DNA of 64,000 bases from Anthoceros angustus (taxonomy: Eukaryota; Plantae; Anthocerotophyta), in assembly GCA_010909165.1 (NCBI GenBank), contig MU008209.1, positions 1 to 64,000 of the forward strand, in the 5' to 3' direction. The position numbers were made by a program, and so were the translations under genes. Below are positions 57,807-64,000 of this stretch, piece by piece; positions within the stretch are counted from its first letter, which is position 1; the number at the start of each line of letters is the position of its first letter. The notes under the pieces are model-generated. The model saw nothing but the letters and a program-made list of their open reading frames with translations, did not search any database and was not told the DNA's origin.

Positions 57807-60104
57807 TCACCTTGTGGTTCGGTCTCGAACATGCTCCATGTTACGACCACGATTCTTGTGACCAACTCTCGGAGAGTAACCAGAGTTGCCACCCCCATCC
57901 CACCTATCATGCTCGTCAACTCGCTGTAGATCTGCTACCACCCTGCGAATAGCTCTCTGCTTCTGGCGGTTCTTTTCGCGCCAGTGGTGTGGATTGAAGT
58001 GCTCCAACGTAGGAGCCTCTGAATCCTCTGAACAGTCAAGCTCCTCACTCCCCACCTTCGATCTCCTTCCAGCATGATCCTCCAGCTTGGAGCTCGTTCT
58101 CCTCAAAACCCCGTCTGCTTTGAGGTGTCTGGACTGCCCAGAGTCCTTGTCAGAAATTCTAGACTTCAGGGCATGAGAGGCATTCCGCGTCTGGCTCCTG
58201 TTTGTGCCATCTTCACGCAAACTGCCACTGCTACCCGAATCACTACTTTCTCGCTTCTCCTTTCCTTTCTTCTCCCTCTTGGCTTTGTCCCTAACATCCC
58301 GCAAATCATTGGACTCCCTGTCATAAGTTCTCGACTTAGGGGCATGATGCTTCGAGCGCCTGCTTTTGACGTCTTCACGCAAACTGCTACTGCTCTCCGA
58401 GTCACTAGTTTCTCGGTTCTCCTTTCCTTTCTTCTCTCTCCTGTTTTTGTCCCCCACATCTCGCGAATCATCAGGCTCCCTGTCATAAGTTCTGGACTTC
58501 GGGGCATGAGAGTCATTCCGCTTCGAGGTCCTCCTTCTGACATCTTCACGCAAACTTCTACTGCTATCCGAATCACTGGTTTCGCGTTTCTCCTTTCCTT
58601 CCTTCTCCCTCCCTTTTTTGTCCCTCACATCTCGCAAATCCTTGAACTCCCTGTCGTAAGTTCTGGACTGCGGGGCATGAGACATCCTGCTTCTGACATC
58701 TTCACGGCAACTGCTACCACTATCCGAATCACTAGTTTCTCGTTTCTCTTTTCTTTTCTTCTTCCTGCTGCTTTCATCCCTCACATCTCGCAAATCTTTG
58801 GACTCCCTGCCACTGCCATAAAAATCTCCACCCAAGAGACTGCCGTTGCGCTTCCCCTTACTGCTGAAGGTCTTGTCGTCATCCCTTGCACTATCAGTTT
58901 CATGAGTCCGTTCTTTTGCATGCCTGTGTCTCCGATCCCCATCGCTGCTCATCTCAGAGTCTGAAAGGCATACTTTGCCCTTACTGCCCATATCAGTCTC
59001 CCGATCCCGCTCCTTCGCATGCCGAACCCCCTCGCTTCTCACTTTGCTCTTACTACTGAAAGCCCTGTCATCGTCCCTTGCTCCATCAGATTCACGAATC
59101 CGTTTCTTAGCATGCCGACCCTCATCGGTGCTCACCTCAGAATCTGAAAGGTCTACCTTCCGCTTCTTGTCTCTTTTCATGTGCCGCTTCCCTTCTGGAT
59201 GTCGCTCCCGCTTCTTCTTGCGATCTCTAGAGATCATGGCAAGCACATCCGGAACCTCAGATCCAGCAAGGAATCCTCCATACTCATCAAAAATATCTGT
59301 CGGAATAATTTGCTGGTTTGGGTCGTCGGGTCTAAAACCACCCCTTGCAGGACTGAGACCACCAGGCAGCTGCTTCAGCTCCCACTTCAGTGGCTCACCG
59401 CCAGTCTGGGCTATGATGATGTTCAATGGATCATCTCTAGCCAACCGGGCCTCCTCGCTAGGCATAACCACATCTCTCATAGGGCAATCCCTGTCCCCAC
59501 TTTGATGTCCAAAAGCACCACATCTGGCACACTTCACATTGCGGATCTCCACAGCAAAAGGCTTCACCCGCCCCGGAGCCCCGGTGTCAAACCGTGGCGC
59601 ATTCTTCAGCACTGCGAACTCATCTTCAGTAGCCAGCGACATCCCAAAGACATCCTTAACCCTGCCTCTCTTGCTGTCTGCTTTGCCCTGCCCATCGGCA
59701 GCCGTGTCAGGTTGGGTGGAGCTAGCTTGACGATCGGGCAGGAGACCCAGCTTCTTCCTTTCGTCCGCAATCTCTGCTGCCCGGGCACTCTCTGCATTAT
59801 ACCCCGGAGGCCTCATGTACATGAAGCTCACTGCCTGCATAGCTTCCACCTTCTCCTTCTGCTTTTTGGATAACATAGAAGCCTGCTGGAAGAACTCTTG
59901 CTCCTGCGCGAACTCCTTGGCAACCTCTGTCTTCTTGTTCTCGTGCCTTGCGTGTGTCTGCTCCGCAATCCATTTGCGCCGCTGATTGGGGTACGAGAGC
60001 GGGTGCCATGGCTTTTGATTCAAATAAGAATGGCTCCACGCTGTCCCGGATATCTGCTTGTACTCCACCTCCCCGGGCTTGATCTGCTGCTTGCGATGCT
60101 TCAT
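57807..60104 (-). CDS. CIR N-terminal domain and CCHC zinc-knuckle protein (At4g19190-like) with a long repetitive charged tail
   Basis: 765-aa ORF with TAWSHSYLNQKPWHPLSYPNQRRKWIAEQ, AVSFMYMRPPGY and CARCGAFGHQSGDRDC. Confidence 0.9.
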   Translation of the reverse strand: MKHRKQQIKPGEVEYKQISGTAWSHSYLNQKPWHPLSYPNQRRKWIAEQTHARHENKKTEVAKEFAQEQEFFQQASMLSKKQKEKVEAMQAVSFMYMRPPGYNAESARAAEIADERKKLGLLPDRQASSTQPDTAADGQGKADSKRGRVKDVFGMSLATEDEFAVLKNAPRFDTGAPGRVKPFAVEIRNVKCARCGAFGHQSGDRDCPMRDVVMPSEEARLARDDPLNIIIAQTGGEPLKWELKQLPGGLSPARGGFRPDDPNQQIIPTDIFDEYGGFLAGSEVPDVLAMISRDRKKKRERHPEGKRHMKRDKKRKVDLSDSEVSTDEGRHAKKRIRESDGARDDDRAFSSKSKVRSEGVRHAKERDRETDMGSKGKVCLSDSEMSSDGDRRHRHAKERTHETDSARDDDKTFSSKGKRNGSLLGGDFYGSGRESKDLRDVRDESSRKKKRKEKRETSDSDSGSSCREDVRSRMSHAPQSRTYDREFKDLRDVRDKKGREKEGKEKRETSDSDSSRSLREDVRRRTSKRNDSHAPKSRTYDREPDDSRDVGDKNRREKKGKENRETSDSESSSSLREDVKSRRSKHHAPKSRTYDRESNDLRDVRDKAKREKKGKEKRESSDSGSSGSLREDGTNRSQTRNASHALKSRISDKDSGQSRHLKADGVLRRTSSKLEDHAGRRSKVGSEELDCSEDSEAPTLEHFNPHHWREKNRQKQRAIRRVVADLQRVDEHDRWDGGGNSGYSPRVGHKNRGRNMEHVRDRTTR
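58180..58800 (-). repeat. Coding tandem repeat of ~43-47 aa, 4-5 units
   Basis: SRTYDRExxDLRDVRDKxxRExKGKEKRETSDSxSSxSLREDV units. Confidence 0.85.
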
Positions 60105-60418
60105 TCCGGATGCTCAAGAGAGAACCGTAGGCTTCCAGTTCCAAATTGCTTCCAACCCTAACTAGATCCAACAGCGTGGCCACTACCCCGTGATGCGTCA
60201 ATCCCCGCACACCAATCGCTCATACCGACGGGCTCCTCCAGCGCCAACGACCCAAGAGCAATAGAACCCACCAAGGAGGCCTATTTATACCGATCCCAAC
60301 GTAACAACCCACCTCGCATATGGTAACCGGGCCCCGGCTCCATGAAGAAAAGGACAAACTGAAGCAGGATGCGATCCCTTGACAAGTGAAACACTAGAGA
60401 CGGGACATGCAGTGTGCT

Positions 60419-61055
60419 TCAGTCCACGATCTCGATCCTCTGCTTGCCAGTTCCAGCTGGCCTCTTCCGCTTTCTCTCAAGCTGTTGCTGCTCCTTCAGC
60501 TCTTGAGCCAGGGACTTCAGGGGAACTGCAACATTCTCGTTCCTCCTAGCTGCCAACAACAATCACCCAACTGTTAAACCGCAGGAAAGCCAGCTTAGCC
60601 GAAGCACGGCAGAAGAAGCATACATATGTCACTAACCCGCAAGCACAACATCATCCACGTGCACAATCTTCCTGCCTGCATGATGTGCAAACATCTCAAG
60701 CTCCTTTCCCAGTTGCTCTGCAAATGTAGAATCAATCAGTCCAGCCGCGGTGCATGCAGGACATGAAATATTGGGCTGTACAAGGACCCACGGGCATAGC
60801 TCACGGTGAGGTCGGCCAACGCAGACATCACCGGAGCAGAGACTTCCATCTGATGCTTTACCGCTGCAACCAGCCACGAGAATGTGATTTCCCCACCGCA
60901 GAAATAGCAGTTTCAGAAGCTAAGATTCTTCTGAACCGCTGCTTGCCTTCAGCTTCCGCAATTGCGAAGCAGGACAGGCGCATCCGATCGTTGAGGCGCT
61001 GTGCGCGGGCGTCGGGCTCCTGGTCTTCTACCTCGAGCCCGTTTTCATGTTCCAT
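60419..61055 (-). CDS. MHF1: MHF1 / CENP-S histone-fold protein, 4 exons
   Basis: RLNDRMRLSCFAIAEAE|AVKHQMEVSAPVMSALADLTVSYA|QQLGKELEMFAHHAGRKIVHVDDVVLA|ARRNE...ERKRKR. The first intron uses a GC donor. Confidence 0.88.
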
Positions 61056-61205
61056 GCCTCTCAAGGCCGCTCATTCGATTTTCCCGGGTCTTAAACCCTA
61101 GGCTGTTGCGGACTATCGAAACACAAATGGACTGAGCGGTCGCGTAGTCTCCTTGACAGGAAATCGGAGAACCCGGTGGAGGTTTGTTGACGGGGAGAGT
61201 GGGAA
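61056..61205. promoter_or_regulatory. Candidate bidirectional promoter between MHF1 and Whirly, with telo-box-like AAACCCTAG at 61093-61101
   Basis: Divergent start codons are only ~150 bp apart. Confidence 0.4.
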
Positions 61206-62850
61206 ATGGCGTCAGGGATGCATGCTGTAGGAGCCTCATTCTCCCGGGTGCGCCTGGCGTCCTCGTCTTGGTAGGTTCTGCTAGTGTGATGAAAATTCAG
61301 CCTTCGGAGCTGAGGTTGAACGTGTGGTAGCATTTGAGTTGTGTGCTATTTCGGCTGATTGCCTTGCCATGATACAGGGCCTTGTTTGGAGATCCTTGGA
61401 AGTTGTTTTCCGGAGCCAGCTCGGAGCGGGTGTCCTTTAGCCGTGGGCTTCACAGAACTGTGTTTGCGAGGTACACTTCTGCATCAAAAGCCTCAGCGCC
61501 AGCCCGGTTATCGCCTGAAAATGGTGAGAGAATCATGGTTTAAGCTGGTGTGCATCCCCGCAGCCTCTTAGGACGAAGCGTGCAGATGGCCACCAGCAGA
61601 GAATGAGTTCTATATTGTCCGAGCAGGAGGCGAGCGGAAGGTGTACGTAAATCACACGTTCTATAAGGGGAAATGTGCGTTGGCAATGAGGCCGTTGAAG
61701 CCGACATTCAGACTGATAGAAGTGAGCGAAACCTCTCTGCTGCACATCCTATCTGCCGGTGCGGCAGCTTTTGACGATATTCGTGTGTCTTATGCTTCTT
61801 CCTCGACGGTTGTAGAATGGCGGGGCGGCACTTGAGAAGGAAGGGTGTATCTTTTTGGAGTTTGCACTGTCCACAGGCGTGCGGCAGTATGACTGGAATA
61901 ACAAGTCGGTAATGACTCTCTCAAGTCTTGGCAGCAGGTTGTCACTGCCTGTTCGAGTGCCACTAGATCCACTCAGCAAACATGCTACTGCTTGTCCGTA
62001 CCCCTCAAACAACCTGGCAAAGTGTTACTGAACACTTTCCTTGTTGAGATGTGCCGAGGGTAGCACTTGTGGGAGAGACTTATTGCTCCATGGTGCTGTT
62101 TTCCAGGTGTTTGCCCTCTCTGTGGGAGAAATCGGACAATTGATCTGCCTTGGTCCAAACGATAGCTGTGAATTCTTCCATGATCCCGGCATGAAAAGGT
62201 TTGGTCCTACACCATAAATTAGACCAATGACTGCAGTTGTGCTTGCTGCTACCTGTGTACTCAATTCAGGCATTTCCGGTTCAGAAAGCCTTCTGTCATT
62301 GCAGTGATCAGGAGGGGTTGGTGAGAAAGTCATTGAGGATTCAACCGATGGCTGACAAGACTGGGTTTTTTTTCAATCTGAGTGAGTCAATGCTGAGTGA
62401 TGCTTTGTCGAGCCCAGAATGTTGACGCTCATCTTGGTGTGGGAATTTCAACACAAGCATGCACGTGTTCAGGCTGTGTAATTTATTTAACAGAAGTCAA
62501 CATGATGGATTGGTATTCTATGACTTTGATGCATGCAGCTGTGGCCAGCAAAGGTGAAAATTCTGAGGATCGCTACAATATGGCTATCACCAAGGCGGAG
62601 TATTTCGTTATGCGCACTGTATTCACTGTAAGAAGGAGTTCAGGAAGCATGGTGCTGTTCCTTCATTTTCTGGATTCTGCAGGCTTTGTGTTCGCAAATT
62701 TAATAAGCGTACATTGATGCCCTGCAGTATACGCTGCCAGTTCTGATGGGATGGCATGCTGTGGTTGATCCCTCACTCGTTGAGGAACTCATGAATTCGC
62801 CGACACCTGAGGGCATGGTCACCGATGGAGCCAGAGAATGGGCCAAATAA
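61206..62850 (+). CDS. WHY: Whirly family ssDNA-binding protein, organelle-targeted, multi-exon; 5' exon structure uncertain
   Basis: KVYVNHTFYKGKCALAMRP, KEGCIFLEFALSTGVRQYDWNNK, VFALSVGEIG..LGPNDSCEFFHDP, FFFNL, ITKAEY, YTLPVLMGWHA and terminal EWAK*. Confidence 0.92.
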
Positions 62851-63695
62851 ATTATCATCGGCAGTGCGCAGAGCTGCAGTTTTTGGTGGTCCTTTGCCCT
62901 TTTTAAGGGCGATTGGAGCTGATGAGGCTCCAAATTCGGTGCAACATGTGGCAGCGCAAGGGCGGGATATTTTGCTTGCATTCACTGAGATTGCTTCTCG
63001 AACTCCCTGTCAGGCATTTGCGAGGGTTGACCTTTAGTAAGCTTACGGTGGACGCATCCTGCAGAGACAGGTGTATGAGCAGTCTGCCACTTCAGCGAGC
63101 GGCTTCTCTTTGGAAGGTCTGCGATGGTTCTTGTTACTAAAGAGGCTTTGAGGATCTATGGGCCACCAGTTGTGAACTTTGATTCGCCAAGGAGCCACTG
63201 GCGGGCTAGAGGTGTGTTTATGAAACAAGGTCGTATGAAAACCGGACGTCTCACACATCCTAATCCTAGATAATTCGAAAATTAGCATCATCAACTTAAG
63301 ATGTATAATTTTAAACGGGATAAAATAATTATTCGAATTTTTTAAAATAATTAGGGCACGTGGCGTAAGTTTATTTGGGGTAGGTCTAACACTCCCAGTT
63401 GATCGGGTGTGTTGGTTTGCACCTAGATTAGAGCTTTGTTTGGGTAGCTTTGTTTGGTGGGCACGACATGACCACTACGTATCCCGAGGGGTGGTTCAAC
63501 AGGGTAATGCCGAAATAATTCTTTTTTAAAAAATATAAGGTTCAACATACATATTTATAATTTTCAAAATTTTAACATTTATAAAAAATAATTGTATCAA
63601 ATTTCAACATTTATTAGAATACATAGGTATCTATATACAACTAATAGATATGTGTAGACCTAACCTAAACAAGCCCTAATTTTCCACACATAGGT

Positions 63696-64000
63696 ACATG
63701 GGAGGTTAAAGGGACAAAAGACATCAAGGTGCTTGGGGTAGAGGACAAGAGGTAAATTACCGCAGTGGTATCTTCATCCGCAGCAGGTCACTTACTACCG
63801 CTCTAAATCATCTTCACAGGAACAACAAGTAGGTCGGTACCCAAAGGTCATGGTGCTGCCAAGCTATGTGTAGATACAGGATCTCATTTAACATATACTA
63901 GCACTCATTGGTCTACACTAGAGTCATCGAAGGCATTTGTGAAGGAAATCTTGATCCCTTACTATGAAAGGCAACTGGATGTCTTGAGGCTAGCCACAAG
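63696..64000 (+). mobile_element. pogo/Tc1-mariner (DDE_1) transposase remnant
   Basis: TWEVKGTKDIKVLGVEDKR*ITAVVSSSAAGHLLPL*IIFTGTTSRSVP...THWST...FVKEILIPYY. Both stops sit where Gln is expected. Confidence 0.75.

Noticed and set aside
57163-59873. Long antisense ORFs (57163-57489, 58074-58964, 58975-59505, 59181-59873)
   Set aside because: Shadow frames of the proline-rich and CIR-N genes caused by biased codon composition.
1-64000. tRNA, rRNA or prokaryotic operon features
   Set aside because: No cloverleaf or rRNA signature was seen, and genes have spliceosomal introns.

Overview
Eukaryotic, intron-containing land-plant nuclear DNA. Short introns, dense genes and a PLS-class PPR ending in a DYW:KP/GRP-type deaminase domain point to a lineage with U-to-C RNA editing. 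A hornwort fits best, but this is inference. The window has two parts. (1) 1-45 kb is repeat-rich and heavily rearranged. It holds a multicopy AT-hook gene family with an unrecognised C-terminal domain, PPR remnants, Copia and Gypsy remnants (one with a PHD finger fused behind the integrase), several tandem arrays and a ~200-bp hairpin. These sit inside nested inverted repeats: an outer pair (~3.6-10.1 kb vs ~34.5-42.65 kb) and a near-perfect 10.8-kb palindrome (13256-24073, 4-nt loop at 18663-18666). Everything from 18667 to ~33120 can be rebuilt from upstream sequence by microhomology-flanked template switches. This is either a real complex rearrangement or an amplification/assembly artefact, and the sequence alone cannot decide. 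(2) 45-63 kb is gene-dense: RNase II/RNR1, TRM10, a disrupted PPR-DYW:KP(GRP) gene, a proline-rich orphan, a CIR-N/zinc-knuckle protein, MHF1/CENP-S (with a GC-AG intron) and a Whirly gene. A pogo-like transposase remnant ends the window. Identity estimates are by eye, not computed.
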